Positions 1-10,513 are shown, numbered from the stretch's first letter. The stretch is 46,169 nt of DNA from an uncultured Marixanthomonas sp. (GCF_963974425.1 NZ_CAXBCK010000030.1:1-46169), one strand, 5' to 3'. The notes: a model not told the origin generated them from the letters alone. Program-made: numbers and translations.

Positions 1-1
1 A

Positions 2-373
2 AAACAGAATCCCACTATTTTTGTGTTGGAATTAGGTGCCAACGATGGCTTACGAGGTGTGCCTTTATCTGAAACACGGTCTAATCTTCAAGAAATAATA
101 AATACGGTACGAGAAAAAAGTCCAGAGACGAAAATTATCCTTGCCGGTATGCAATTACCTCCAAATATGGGACAAGAATATACACAGGAATTTAAACAGC
201 TTTATGTAGACTTAGCTGAAAAAAATGATCTTGCGTTCATCCCTTTTATTTTAAAAGATGTTGGTGGGATTGCGACACTGAACCAAGCTGATGGCATTCA
301 TCCAACCGTTGAAGGACATCAAATAGTTGCGAATACAGTATGGGAGACCTTAAAACCGATGGTTAAAAGCTAA
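2..373 (+). CDS. SGNH/GDSL-family hydrolase (arylesterase/lysophospholipase L1-like), 5'-truncated by window edge
   Basis: Frame is open from nt 2. It contains the 'LELGANDG' GxND block and the C-terminal 'DGIHPTVEGHQIVA' block (catalytic D..H) typical of SGNH hydrolases. Ends TAA at 371-373. Confidence 0.8.
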   Translation, partial: KQNPTIFVLELGANDGLRGVPLSETRSNLQEIINTVREKSPETKIILAGMQLPPNMGQEYTQEFKQLYVDLAEKNDLAFIPFILKDVGGIATLNQADGIHPTVEGHQIVANTVWETLKPMVKS

Positions 374-533
374 AAACAGCTCTATAACGCCATCAGTTAG
401 CGTACCGCTTTGGAAGTTTGGTAGCGATTTACGAATACGGTGTCTTCGATAGACTCCTCCTACGTCGGAGCACTCAGAGACCTGAATTAGGTGATTGAGT
501 GAATTTGTATCGAAAACACTTAGCAAAAATCAA

Positions 534-1046
534 TTAACTCTCTAGCTGATATAGTTCTAAAAAAAAAGCTTCCACTACTTCTTCAAAATAGTCTACTGGA
601 ATTCGGTGTCCTAGTTGAAAGCGGATGTCGAGATGATATTTGGGACTACTAGAGAACGAGGAGTTTTTTAAAAACGCTACTGTACTATTTGGGGCAATTA
701 CCTCATCTTTTCCACCCACAACTATATATTTAAAGTTCAAGGAAGCAGCGATATTTTGAGGTACTTCTTGTTCTACTGAACGATAAGCAAGAGCCGGGTT
801 GAATAACAAAGCGGGTTGGTTTAGCACATCAGAAACATAATATGCGGCAAACCCACCCATGCTGCTACCGATTACTACATCGATTTCTGGATCGTGGTCT
901 GTATAAGTTGTGAGTAACTGTTCAATAGTGTTTGGGCTATGGCGATACGCTATCGAAGGAGCATAGACGGTTCCATATTCTTCTAAAATAGTACGTTTTT
1001 CTGCACTTAAGCTGCCATCGAGGCCGTGGAGGTAGAGTATATGCAT
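534..1046 (-). CDS. YqiA-like alpha/beta-hydrolase esterase (UPF0227 family)
   Basis: 170 aa. N-terminal 'ILYLHGLDGS', nucleophile elbow 'GSSMGG', overall colinear with E. coli YqiA-type small esterases as recalled. Confidence 0.7.
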   Translation of the reverse strand: MHILYLHGLDGSLSAEKRTILEEYGTVYAPSIAYRHSPNTIEQLLTTYTDHDPEIDVVIGSSMGGFAAYYVSDVLNQPALLFNPALAYRSVEQEVPQNIAASLNFKYIVVGGKDEVIAPNSTVAFLKNSSFSSSPKYHLDIRFQLGHRIPVDYFEEVVEAFFLELYQLES

Positions 1047-1761
1047 AGGGGTTGGTTTAAAATAGAATTACATTGGAAACTTTCAAAATGCACAAGGTGT
1101 AAAAGCACCAAAAACATCAAAGATTTATAAAAATAAGTTGATTTTTCTCAAACATTCTTTCCCTTATGATGCTCTTAACTAGAAATGTTACCATAGGGGA
1201 TAGTTGTTAAATATAACACTTTCTTCAAATGATTTTATTTTAAACATAGCAAATTAAAGCACTTGCACGAAACGTGTTTAGATAGGGGGGAGTTATTCAG
1301 CCAAATGCAAATAAAGGACTGTAAAAGAAAATATTGTTTAAGTTTTTCCTTTTGAATATGAAGTTATGTCGCGTGTTTCTACACAGATAGTAGAAGCACA
1401 GGCATACCGATATTATTTCAAAGCACTATACTTAATCTTGGATTAAACAGTAAATAGGTATGTGTAAAAAAAGATAGAAGAGTTAAATTAAGTTAGATCT
1501 TATTTTAGTTAATAAGCCTCGTGCAAATTAACGTACACTTGCTTTTTTATTCTGAGGAATAGAGTACAGAGACTAAAATAAAACACCTTAAAACTTCAAT
1601 AACTTCTGTATAAGAGTACTACAGTTGTAACTGTCAAAATTGATAAAAATACAGGAACTTGAAAATATAGAAAAGTATAGTTGAGACACTATAAAACCTC
1701 AAACTAATATAATTAATTGTATTATATTTAACGAATTATCATTAATTCTCCAAACCTCATA

Positions 1762-3240
1762 ATGCAATTTAATTTAACGTTTTTTACCTGCTTCATTATG
1801 CTGTTTAGTAACGGCTCTAGTTATACACAAATTTTTAAAGCTAATACCAATGATACAATTTCCTTACAGGATAGAGTAAAAGAAAATCAAAAGTTGATGT
1901 TGACGGACTTAGAAGGAGCTAAAGTTGATATGGAAGAGCTTTTAAAAGAAGCGCTTCGTGTAAAAGATACCAAAGCCGAAATACTTTTACTTGCAAATAC
2001 TTGCAGGTATTATTTTCAGAAAGAAGATGCTTTTGGATTGGTGAAAGCTTCGGATATTCTCTATCAAAAAGCAAAAGAATATGATGAAACTCGTATGCAG
2101 TCCATATCTAAAATGTATTTAGCAGAATCATTAAAGTTTAATAGTTTATATGAAGATGCCTTAATAGAATTGGAAAATGCACTGCAACTACTTGAAGGTG
2201 AAGATGGACAAGATGTGAAGATTATAAATACTAAATCTAATATTTATATCAGTTTTGCTAATACTTATTCTCAATTAAACCAGCCACGTATTGCAGTAAA
2301 AATGATGAAGCGGGGTGGTGAGGAGTTTAATAAAGTTCCAGAAGGGGACTATCGCAATTACTTAAATTACTTATACCATTCTAATCTTGGTATTTATTAC
2401 ATGGGCTATAATCAAGATTCCTCTGCCTATCATGCTCGGAAATCAATTTCATTGCAACCTAAAGGTTTAGAACAGAATGATGTAATTATGTTGCGCAATT
2501 ACCTTTCATTAGGTAAAGTTTATGCACAAAAAAAAGAATATGATAAAGCCACTGAATTTCTTAACAAGTCTGAGGCATTAGCAATAGAAATTGGGGAGAA
2601 TGTCAACCTCAAAGAAACCTATAGCACACTTATTGAGGTTGCTGTTGAAAAAGGAGATGATGCGCTTTTAAAAAAGTATAGGGGTAGACTTCAATCTTTA
2701 AAACTTGAACAAATTGAAGCTAAAAACAAATCCTTACATCAAATTATTGAGAAAAGAAAGTTGAAACAAAGTGAAATTGATAACCAGAATAAGAAGGCTT
2801 TTTCAAAATGGATTCTCATTATTATTGGAATATCGATGGTGATTATAGTACTTGCAATCATACTGTATAGAAATAAAATACATGCCAAATACGAACAATT
2901 AAGTAAGGACTATTTAGAAGATAATGAAATTGTTGAAGAGGATAAACTAGCTATTTATAATGAAGTTATAGAATTGGTTAAAAAGGATGACCCTGCTTTT
3001 ATGGTAAGTTTTAATGATGCATTTCCTCATTTCACAAATAATTTATTAAAAATAAACCATAACCTCGCAAAAGGAGAGGTTGAATTTTGTGCGCTTTTAA
3101 AATTGAACCTTACCACTAAACAAATAGCCCAATATAAAGTACTTCAACCACGAACTGTTCAGAATAAAAAATATCAGATTAGAAAAAAATTAAATATTCC
3201 TAATAATATCGATATTTATAATTGGATTCACGGAATCTAA
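1762..3240 (+). CDS. TPR-repeat / single-TM / C-terminal LuxR(GerE)-type HTH one-component regulator
   Basis: 492 aa. N-terminal signal-like segment, TPR-like helical repeats, a coiled coil, one TM helix (WILIIIGISMVIIVLAIILY) and a C-terminal 'LTTKQIAQYKVLQPRTVQNKKYQIRKKL' LuxR-type HTH. Confidence 0.75.
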   Translation: MQFNLTFFTCFIMLFSNGSSYTQIFKANTNDTISLQDRVKENQKLMLTDLEGAKVDMEELLKEALRVKDTKAEILLLANTCRYYFQKEDAFGLVKASDILYQKAKEYDETRMQSISKMYLAESLKFNSLYEDALIELENALQLLEGEDGQDVKIINTKSNIYISFANTYSQLNQPRIAVKMMKRGGEEFNKVPEGDYRNYLNYLYHSNLGIYYMGYNQDSSAYHARKSISLQPKGLEQNDVIMLRNYLSLGKVYAQKKEYDKATEFLNKSEALAIEIGENVNLKETYSTLIEVAVEKGDDALLKKYRGRLQSLKLEQIEAKNKSLHQIIEKRKLKQSEIDNQNKKAFSKWILIIIGISMVIIVLAIILYRNKIHAKYEQLSKDYLEDNEIVEEDKLAIYNEVIELVKKDDPAFMVSFNDAFPHFTNNLLKINHNLAKGEVEFCALLKLNLTTKQIAQYKVLQPRTVQNKKYQIRKKLNIPNNIDIYNWIHGI

Positions 3241-3655
3241 ATGCATACCCATTCCTGCCTTTTAATTTTATTTACTAAAAAAATACAATCTTACATGTAT
3301 GAAGGTAAGTTTGATTAGCACTACAAAGTAAGACAAGAATTTTTAGTCTTTACTCTGATGTTTTCTAGTAGCTTTATTTGCTTTTTTCTAGTTAACCCTG
3401 CCTTTTATCTACACATATCATCACTGGTTTTTCAATTCTTTTTTAATTGATACTCAATCAACCTCATTATTTGATTTTAAGGTTTTGTGCTTATAATCAA
3501 TAGTTTATATCTTTTTGAGACGGCTTTAAAAGTTAAAAACTAAGAACAAAGTACCTTTTGAGTATGTGGTTTTTTGGTGTAAAAGATCAATCCGTTTATA
3601 ATTGTCAACTCTATTTTTTTTAGAGCAACTCTTATAACTAACTAAAAAGGAACTT

Positions 3656-6280
3656 ATGAAAAAAAAGTACAAAATTCCATTATTATTTTTTGGAATATTA
3701 ATATCAATTAGCGTACATAGTCAACAACCAAATACATTAGATGCTAGGATTTACACTCCTTACCCGCAAACAGCAGGTACACCTTCCTCTACTATTAATT
3801 TTGAAGATACACATATAGGAATTAATAAAAAATCAACTGGTTCACATCAATCTATTACCCATACAAAACAAACTAATACTGTTTATTGTGAACCTGCTTT
3901 TAGTAGCTGTTCAGATTATATAGAAAAAGTCATTTTTTCAGGGATTAATAATGATAGTGAATGTGAAATAGGATTACGTGATTATACAGATCAAGTAGGT
4001 CTTGTAAAAACTGGAGATACTTATACAATTTCGGTTAGAACTCATGCACTTTCGTCACAATATGTATTTGCTTATATAGATTGGAATCAAAACGGGGTAT
4101 TAGATGATGCTGGAGAAATTTATACCATTGCGGCATCTGTTCATCACAACGGTCCCCATACTAAAGAAATAGAAATACCTCAAGATGCTATACTTGGCGA
4201 AACCAGAATGCGAGTTATTATGCAATGGAACAATCCCAATCCAGACCCTTGTATTGTGTATAGTAGTGGAGAAGCTGAGGATTATACCTTACAGGTGGTA
4301 GACGAAATTCCTATTTTACCAGAAGATTGCTCGCAGTTGGTCCCTGCAAGCCAAAACGGGAATGGTCATTTTTTTATGGGCGAAACCAATCAAAAATTAG
4401 CGGTTGATATTGATATACTAGCAGAAAGTAGTTTTGAAGTACAAAGCTTAAAAATTCAAACGTTAGGTCAAGCTACAACATTCGATCTTGTTTTTTATGC
4501 CAATGAGAATGGCGTACCTGGATCTTCACTTATAACTCTTACAGATGTTGCCATTATAGAAGAAGACTTTATTGGCCAAGGAAGTATGTATGATCATTAT
4601 GTTTATACTTTGGATCTGTCATCAGAAAATGTACTATTTGAAGGTGAATTATCGGGAAAAAAATTCTGGATGGAAGTACTATCTGATGCTACTGGCTGGA
4701 ATAATACAACCTTTTCAACACTTGGTAATTTTGGATATTTTTTTAATGACAATTCAAATCAATGGCGTCCTACAGAGGTTGAATATGTTTATGAATTAAT
4801 AGGAACTTGTCTAGGAGATCAAATTCAAGATTTGCCTAACAATGCCTGTTCAAGTGCTTTGCCAATTGTTTGTGGTGATAACGTGTTAGGCACTACAGTG
4901 GGTGCTGATGATTTTGGAGGAAATTCGTCACCGGATGTATTTTATAGTTATACTGGCACTGGACAGCCTGAGAATATTTCTCTCTCTTTATGTAATGGAA
5001 CAGCGTATGATACCCAAATTAGAGTTTTTTCAGATTGTTCCTTATCTAATGAAATTGCTTCCAATAATAATTTTTGTTATGCTCGATCTGTAGTCGACTT
5101 CATTTCAGATGGTACATCTACTTATTACATAATGATAGAAGGAGGCGGTAGTAATGACTTAGGAGATTTTACATTATATTCAAGTTGTTCAGAAATTACA
5201 TTTGAAAACGAAGAGCCTTCTCAAGCTCTTCCATTGGTTTGTGGTGATAGGGTACTGGGTAATACAGTTACTGTAAGTAATACCGCCGGGAATCCTTCTG
5301 GAGATGTGTTTTATAGCTATACAGGTAATGGTGTTGAAGAAGATATAACCGTTTCGCTTTGCAGTATATTTACTGGTTATGATACCGAAATTAGAGTGTA
5401 TGATTCTATAGAGCTTACAAATGAAGTTGCGTTTGTAGATGATAGTTGTGGTCTTTTCTCTCAGTTAACTTTTTATTCGGATGGCGTAAAAACCTATTAT
5501 ATTATGATAGAGGGCTCTGATAGTGATGAGGGGAATTTTGGTCTCTCTTTAAGCTGTTGGGATTATACACCTTATTGCAGTCCATTAAACTTTGTTTACG
5601 TTGAACCCATTACAAATGTTGAAATAGCAGGTATCTCTCATAGAAGTAATGTAGCTACTACCTCCCCTCCCCATGAAGTTTTTACTGATATCATAGGAAC
5701 TATGAATCAAGGTGATACCTATGATATCACATTAGAAGGTTTTACTGGATCTGATGGAGCCTGGGAAAATTTCTTTACTGTTTTTATTGATTGGAATCAA
5801 AATGATGTATTTACTGATTCAGGTGAAATGTTCGAAATTGGATCCATATTTAACTCCACAGGTACTGATGGCAAACAGTTACTAGGAACTATTACTGTGC
5901 CTATAGATGCCCTTTTAGGATCAACAGTTATGAGGGTGCTTAAAGGATATAATGAATCTCCAACAGATCCTTGTGCTAACTATGGTTATGGTCAAGTAGA
6001 AGATTATTCAATTAATGTAATGGCTGAATTAAGTACTGTAGATTATAAAAACCATACTATTAGTTATTACCCAAACCCTGTTAAGGATATATTGAATATA
6101 GAGAGTGATATGCAGTTCTCTAAAGTTACAATCTATGATATCTCCGGAAAGGTGGTATATAATGCTATGCAAAAAACAAATAAAATTCAAAAGGATTTAT
6201 CCTTCTTATCTAGTGGAATTTATTTAGCCAAAGTGATATCAGATCAAGAAGTACATACGATTAAAATTACTAAAGAGTAA
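3656..6280 (+). CDS. Secreted T9SS cargo protein: 2 GEVED-type modules, 2 PPC-like (pre-peptidase C-terminal-like) modules, type-A T9SS C-terminal domain
   Basis: 874 aa. Signal peptide 'MKKKYKIPLLFFGILISISVHSQ'. Two 'FIDWNQN(G/D)V..D.GE...G(E/Q)(A/V)EDY(T/S)(L/I)' GEVED-like modules. Two Cys-framed 'CGD.VLG.TV...SPDVFYSYTG...DT.IRV(F/Y)' beta-sandwich repeats. C-terminal 'YYPNPVKDILNIES...VTIYDISGKVVY...GIYLAKVISDQEVHTIKITKE' T9SS sorting domain. Confidence 0.85.
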   Translation: MKKKYKIPLLFFGILISISVHSQQPNTLDARIYTPYPQTAGTPSSTINFEDTHIGINKKSTGSHQSITHTKQTNTVYCEPAFSSCSDYIEKVIFSGINNDSECEIGLRDYTDQVGLVKTGDTYTISVRTHALSSQYVFAYIDWNQNGVLDDAGEIYTIAASVHHNGPHTKEIEIPQDAILGETRMRVIMQWNNPNPDPCIVYSSGEAEDYTLQVVDEIPILPEDCSQLVPASQNGNGHFFMGETNQKLAVDIDILAESSFEVQSLKIQTLGQATTFDLVFYANENGVPGSSLITLTDVAIIEEDFIGQGSMYDHYVYTLDLSSENVLFEGELSGKKFWMEVLSDATGWNNTTFSTLGNFGYFFNDNSNQWRPTEVEYVYELIGTCLGDQIQDLPNNACSSALPIVCGDNVLGTTVGADDFGGNSSPDVFYSYTGTGQPENISLSLCNGTAYDTQIRVFSDCSLSNEIASNNNFCYARSVVDFISDGTSTYYIMIEGGGSNDLGDFTLYSSCSEITFENEEPSQALPLVCGDRVLGNTVTVSNTAGNPSGDVFYSYTGNGVEEDITVSLCSIFTGYDTEIRVYDSIELTNEVAFVDDSCGLFSQLTFYSDGVKTYYIMIEGSDSDEGNFGLSLSCWDYTPYCSPLNFVYVEPITNVEIAGISHRSNVATTSPPHEVFTDIIGTMNQGDTYDITLEGFTGSDGAWENFFTVFIDWNQNDVFTDSGEMFEIGSIFNSTGTDGKQLLGTITVPIDALLGSTVMRVLKGYNESPTDPCANYGYGQVEDYSINVMAELSTVDYKNHTISYYPNPVKDILNIESDMQFSKVTIYDISGKVVYNAMQKTNKIQKDLSFLSSGIYLAKVISDQEVHTIKITKE

Positions 6281-6310
6281 AACTAACTAACCTTAAACCA
6301 TATAATTTTT

Positions 6311-9300
6311 ATGAAACTTTTTTATTTAATTTTTGCACTAGCATTACCTTTCTTAGGTTTTGGACAACAAACACAGTGCGAGATAGATTATTCTGGAAAT
6401 AACTTTGAAAATGCAGAATTTGGCTTACATGTAAAATATATTGCCAATGATTTTGACATTGCAGAAGGAACAACAATGACTATAGAAAAAATAATTCCTA
6501 CTATCGTTAACAATATTGCAACAGCAGATATTTTTATTTATGAAGACAACAATGGGCAACCCGGAAATATTGTAACAACTTTTAATAATGTGGTCCCTTC
6601 TTCGCAAACACAAGTAAGTAGTAATTTTAACCTTCCTTGGTATGAAGTAGAATTAGATTTTCCCACACCCTTAACTTTAGTTGGTGCTACTGGAGGTTCG
6701 AAATATTGGGTAGGCCTTATTGTAGCTTTTGGAACCGATGCATCTAGTAATTTTTGGGAAGTAAAGTCAAATGGTTCTACGGACGTGATGCACACATCAC
6801 TGGATCAAGGCGTAACTTGGACGCCTAGTTCATCTGGATTTGACGGTGTTTTCCAGCTAATTGGAGTATGTGAGGCGGCAGTTGCAACGGAGCCTTGTGA
6901 AATTGTAGAAGGTGGTAACAATTTTGAAAATGCAGAACTTGGCTTAACTTACAAGTATATAGCAAATGACTTTGATATTGAAGAAGGGGCTATTATTCAG
7001 GTATCTAAAATTATTCCAAACATCGTTTATAATATTGATGTAGCGGATATTTTTATATATGAAGATAATAATGGACAACCTGGAACTCTTGTAACCTCTT
7101 ATACTGATGTTACACCACTATCTCAAACTGAAGTAAGTACAAAATATGGTTATTCGTGGTATGAAGTTGAATTAGAACTTCCTAGTCCCGTATCTCTAGA
7201 AGGACAAGCAGGAGGGTCAAAATATTGGATCGGTCTAACTACCACGATGGGGACGGATAATCAGGCTAATAATTATTGGGAGATAAAATCTACTGGAACA
7301 ACAGCAGCCATTCATTCATCAACCGATCAAGGTGCTACCTGGAGTCCTAATCCCTCAGGAGCTGATGGAGTATTTAAGATTTTGGGAGCTTGTAACGTCG
7401 TAGTTGATCCACCAGAACCATGTGAAATAGTGGAAGAAGGAAATAACTTTGAGAATGCAGAATTAGGCTTGAATGACAAGTATATGGCCAATGATTTTGA
7501 CATTGCAGAAGGTGCCAGTATAGAGATTTCTAAAATAATTCCGAATATCGTTTATAACATTGATGTAGCCGATATTTTTATTTATGAAGATAACAATGGT
7601 AAACCGGGAAATCTTATTACATCTTTTGATGATGTTGTACCAACATCACAAACAATAGTAAGTAATAATTTTAACTATCCTTGGTACGAAGTAGAGTTAG
7701 ACCTACCTACTACAGTAACCTTAGAAGGTGCCGCAGGCGGATCAAAATTTTGGCTTGGTCTTTTTGTTACGATGGGAACAGATAACGTAGGGTTTAATTT
7801 TTGGGAAATAAAATCTAACGGAACAACCGCTCCCACTCATTTATCGGTAGATGAAGGTGTTACTTGGACTCCAAATGTTTCAGGTTCTGATGGTGTTTTT
7901 CAGATTATAGGAAATTGTAGTGGTGATATTACAATTGTAGATGAGTATTGCGAGGTAGCAGTAAATAGTCAAGTTACACCCATTACTAACGTTTCATTTG
8001 CTGATATACAAAACACTACTTCAGCAGATATTACTGCCCCAGCCCATGAATACTATTTAAATTTCGAGGGAAATGTTACTCAGAATAATGAATATGAAAT
8101 TTCTTTAGAAGGAAATACAAATGGAGATTTTAGTGATTATTATACAGCATTTATCGACTGGAATCAAAACGGAATTTTGGATGATGTAGGGGAAGTATAT
8201 GAAATAGGCACTATTACAAACTCAACAGGTAGTGATGGTCAAGTTTTAACGGGTACTATTTCGGTGCCTTTCCATGCTATTACTGGCAATACACGTGTGA
8301 GAATAAATAAAGTTCAAGGAGCATATTCATTAGATCCCTGTGCTTCCATTGAGATTGGACAAATAGAGGATTATACACTCGTTGTTCATGAATTTCAGGA
8401 TACTTATTGTGAAGTGCCAGTAAGTATTACTGTAGAACCTATTACCAAGGTTTTGTTCGCAGGTATTGATAACACAACCTCAGCAGATATATCATCTCCA
8501 GCCCATGAATATTTTTTAAATATGGAAGGAAATGTAGAACAGGGCTTTGCATATACACTAACAGTAGAAGGAAATACTAACGGAACGGAAAGCCAGTATT
8601 TTACAGCCTTTATAGATTGGAATCAAAACGGCGTTTTGGATGATGCAGGTGAAATTTACGAAATTGGCACCATTACTAATTCTACAGGTGAAGATGGTCA
8701 ACAGGCAATAAGAACTATCGATGTTCCATTTGAAGCGCCAATAGGAATTACGAGAGTTAGAATTATTAAATGGCACCTTGATTACCCTATAGATCCATGT
8801 CTTGCAATTGCTTTCGGACAGGCTGAAGATTACGTATTAAATGTTTCTGAGTACGAGAATCCATATTGCGAAATTAGTATTTCAGACACTGTAACGCCTA
8901 TTACAAATGTTACATTTGCAGGTATCGCTAATTTATCATCTGCTGCAACTACTTCTTCAGCTCAAGAAATGTTTATTGAGATTGACGGCACTGTAGAACA
9001 AGGGAATGAGTACATTATTAAATTAGAAGGATTTACTAATGGCGATACTACAAATTACTATACCGCTTTTTTCGATTGGAATCAAAATGGAGTATTAGAT
9101 GATGCCGGTGAAGTATATGAGCTTGGCACCATTACAAACTCTACAGGTACAGATGGAGTAGAATTAGTTAAAAGAATTCAAGTAGATACAGATGCATTAT
9201 TAGGTGAAACCCGTATGAAATTAATTGCGAGTGCAAATGATTATCCCCTAGCCCCTTGTGGGGAGTATACTTTCGGGCAATCAGAGGATTATACAATTAA

Positions 9301-10267
9301 TGTTTTTGAATATTGTCTGCCCGATATTTCTCTTAAAGCACCAACAACCCGAGTGATATTTGCAGATATAGATAATAGTTCTCCTTCAGACCCGTTTACT
9401 GCTCCTGCTTATGAATCTTTTTTAGATATAGAAGCGAATGTACTTACAGGCGAAACGTATGATATAACCGTTCAAGGAAACCCAATATGGGACCTTTGTT
9501 TTGCAGCTTTTATTGACTGGAATCAAAACGGAATTCTAGATGATGCAGGAGAAGTATATCAAATAGATTGTGTAGATTCAATACCAGGAGGAGATGAAGG
9601 ACAATTAGCCTTTGGAACTATTGAAGTACCAGAAACTGCAGTAGTAGGTACAACAAGAATGAGAATTATTAGCAGAGCAGATGGTGCCCCATTAGAAGCT
9701 TGTGGTACATATTATTACGGTCAGGCTGAGGATTATACAGTTATTGTACGGAATACTCCGCTTCCTGTTTGTGAAATAGCGTGTCCTGAAGACATTACTG
9801 CTGAAATTCCGATGGGACAAACCAGTACGGCAATAGATTATGAGGTTTCATTTAGCTGTGATAACTCAGATGGAGTAGTTTTAGAATTAGTTGAAGGTTT
9901 GCCTTCTGGTTCAGAATTTCCTGTAGGAGTGACAAATGTAGTCTATAATCTTGAACATGAAGGTGAAGTTATTAATACGTGCGAATTTACTATAACTGTA
10001 GAAGGTGTATTAATTACAGATAGTTTTAACGAAAACGCTTTTGCCATTTACCCTAATCCAGCTAATAATAATTTAAATATTATATCTTATAACTCACCTA
10101 TTACTAGGGCGATAGTGTATGATATACGTGGTAGAAAAATATTAGAAAAACAATTAAATAAGCAAAATAATGGGATAATCGATGTCTCTAAACTGGATAG
10201 TGCTTTATACTTTGTTTCAATATATACAGCAGATGGTTTTGTGACTAAAAGATTTTTAAGAGAGTAA
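6311..10267 (+). CDS. Giant secreted T9SS cargo protein: 3 x ~175-aa N-terminal repeats, 5 x GEVED-type modules, HYR-like domain, T9SS C-terminal domain
   Basis: 1318 aa. Signal peptide 'MKLFYLIFALALPFLGFG'. Three repeats begin 'CEI(D/V)...GNNFENAE(F/L)GL..KY(I/M)ANDFDI(A/E)EG'. Five 'A(G/D)I.N..S...(S/T)APAHEY.L...G......Y.I...G.TNG....Y.TAFIDWNQNG(I/V)LDDAGE(V/I)YE(I/L)GTITNSTG.DG....G.A/QxEDYT' modules. A 'CPEDIT...GVTNVVYNLEHEGEVINTCEFTITVEG' HYR-like block. C-terminal 'AIYPNPANNNLNIISYNS...ALYFVSIYTADGFVTKRFLRE'. Confidence 0.85.
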   Translation: MKLFYLIFALALPFLGFGQQTQCEIDYSGNNFENAEFGLHVKYIANDFDIAEGTTMTIEKIIPTIVNNIATADIFIYEDNNGQPGNIVTTFNNVVPSSQTQVSSNFNLPWYEVELDFPTPLTLVGATGGSKYWVGLIVAFGTDASSNFWEVKSNGSTDVMHTSLDQGVTWTPSSSGFDGVFQLIGVCEAAVATEPCEIVEGGNNFENAELGLTYKYIANDFDIEEGAIIQVSKIIPNIVYNIDVADIFIYEDNNGQPGTLVTSYTDVTPLSQTEVSTKYGYSWYEVELELPSPVSLEGQAGGSKYWIGLTTTMGTDNQANNYWEIKSTGTTAAIHSSTDQGATWSPNPSGADGVFKILGACNVVVDPPEPCEIVEEGNNFENAELGLNDKYMANDFDIAEGASIEISKIIPNIVYNIDVADIFIYEDNNGKPGNLITSFDDVVPTSQTIVSNNFNYPWYEVELDLPTTVTLEGAAGGSKFWLGLFVTMGTDNVGFNFWEIKSNGTTAPTHLSVDEGVTWTPNVSGSDGVFQIIGNCSGDITIVDEYCEVAVNSQVTPITNVSFADIQNTTSADITAPAHEYYLNFEGNVTQNNEYEISLEGNTNGDFSDYYTAFIDWNQNGILDDVGEVYEIGTITNSTGSDGQVLTGTISVPFHAITGNTRVRINKVQGAYSLDPCASIEIGQIEDYTLVVHEFQDTYCEVPVSITVEPITKVLFAGIDNTTSADISSPAHEYFLNMEGNVEQGFAYTLTVEGNTNGTESQYFTAFIDWNQNGVLDDAGEIYEIGTITNSTGEDGQQAIRTIDVPFEAPIGITRVRIIKWHLDYPIDPCLAIAFGQAEDYVLNVSEYENPYCEISISDTVTPITNVTFAGIANLSSAATTSSAQEMFIEIDGTVEQGNEYIIKLEGFTNGDTTNYYTAFFDWNQNGVLDDAGEVYELGTITNSTGTDGVELVKRIQVDTDALLGETRMKLIASANDYPLAPCGEYTFGQSEDYTINVFEYCLPDISLKAPTTRVIFADIDNSSPSDPFTAPAYESFLDIEANVLTGETYDITVQGNPIWDLCFAAFIDWNQNGILDDAGEVYQIDCVDSIPGGDEGQLAFGTIEVPETAVVGTTRMRIISRADGAPLEACGTYYYGQAEDYTVIVRNTPLPVCEIACPEDITAEIPMGQTSTAIDYEVSFSCDNSDGVVLELVEGLPSGSEFPVGVTNVVYNLEHEGEVINTCEFTITVEGVLITDSFNENAFAIYPNPANNNLNIISYNSPITRAIVYDIRGRKILEKQLNKQNNGIIDVSKLDSALYFVSIYTADGFVTKRFLRE
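6376..7945 (+). repeat. Three in-frame tandem copies (~522-525 bp each, ~75% nt identity) encoding the N-terminal repeat domain of the 1318-aa protein
   Basis: Copies start at about 6376 (tgcgagatagattattctggaaataactttgaaaatgcagaatttggc), 6897 (tgtgaaattgtagaaggtggtaacaattttgaaaatgcagaacttggc) and 7420 (tgtgaaatagtggaagaaggaaataactttgagaatgcagaattaggc). Confidence 0.8.
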
Positions 10268-10290
10268 TTTGAGTTGTAGTAGTTTTTTTA

Positions 10291-10325
10291 ATAAGCCCAC
10301 GCTAGTTAGCGTGGGCTTATGTTTT
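10291..10325 (+). terminator. Rho-independent terminator downstream of the 1318-aa gene
   Basis: Perfect 11-bp stem 'aagcccacgct'/'agcgtgggctt' with loop 'agtt', followed by 'atgtttta'. Confidence 0.6.
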
Positions 10326-10513
10326 AGAGTAAAGTTAGAGGCCAAATGAGTCAATGAACATACAATTTCCATTATGTTTAAAGTTACCTATTATTGCAGG
10401 GTAATTGTTTATAAAAATAAAACCTTATGAACATTTTGTTTACAAGGTTTTCGCATTGACTTGGTAGTCGAAAAGTGAAGCCTTTAGAGATTAGCTGCTA
10501 CAGGTGCTATAAA

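Noticed and set aside
4572-5093. Small + strand ORFs 4572-4799 and 4902-5093
   Set aside because: Out-of-frame ORFs wholly inside the 874-aa GEVED gene, which has signal peptide, domain repeats and a T9SS tail in its own frame.
6376-9750. Regular ~450-525-bp periodicity of repeats (considered CRISPR-like or mobile repeat array)
   Set aside because: Repeats are long, in-frame, ~75% identical and encode protein domains inside one ORF. There are no short direct repeats with unique spacers, so this is intragenic domain duplication and not a CRISPR array or IS element.
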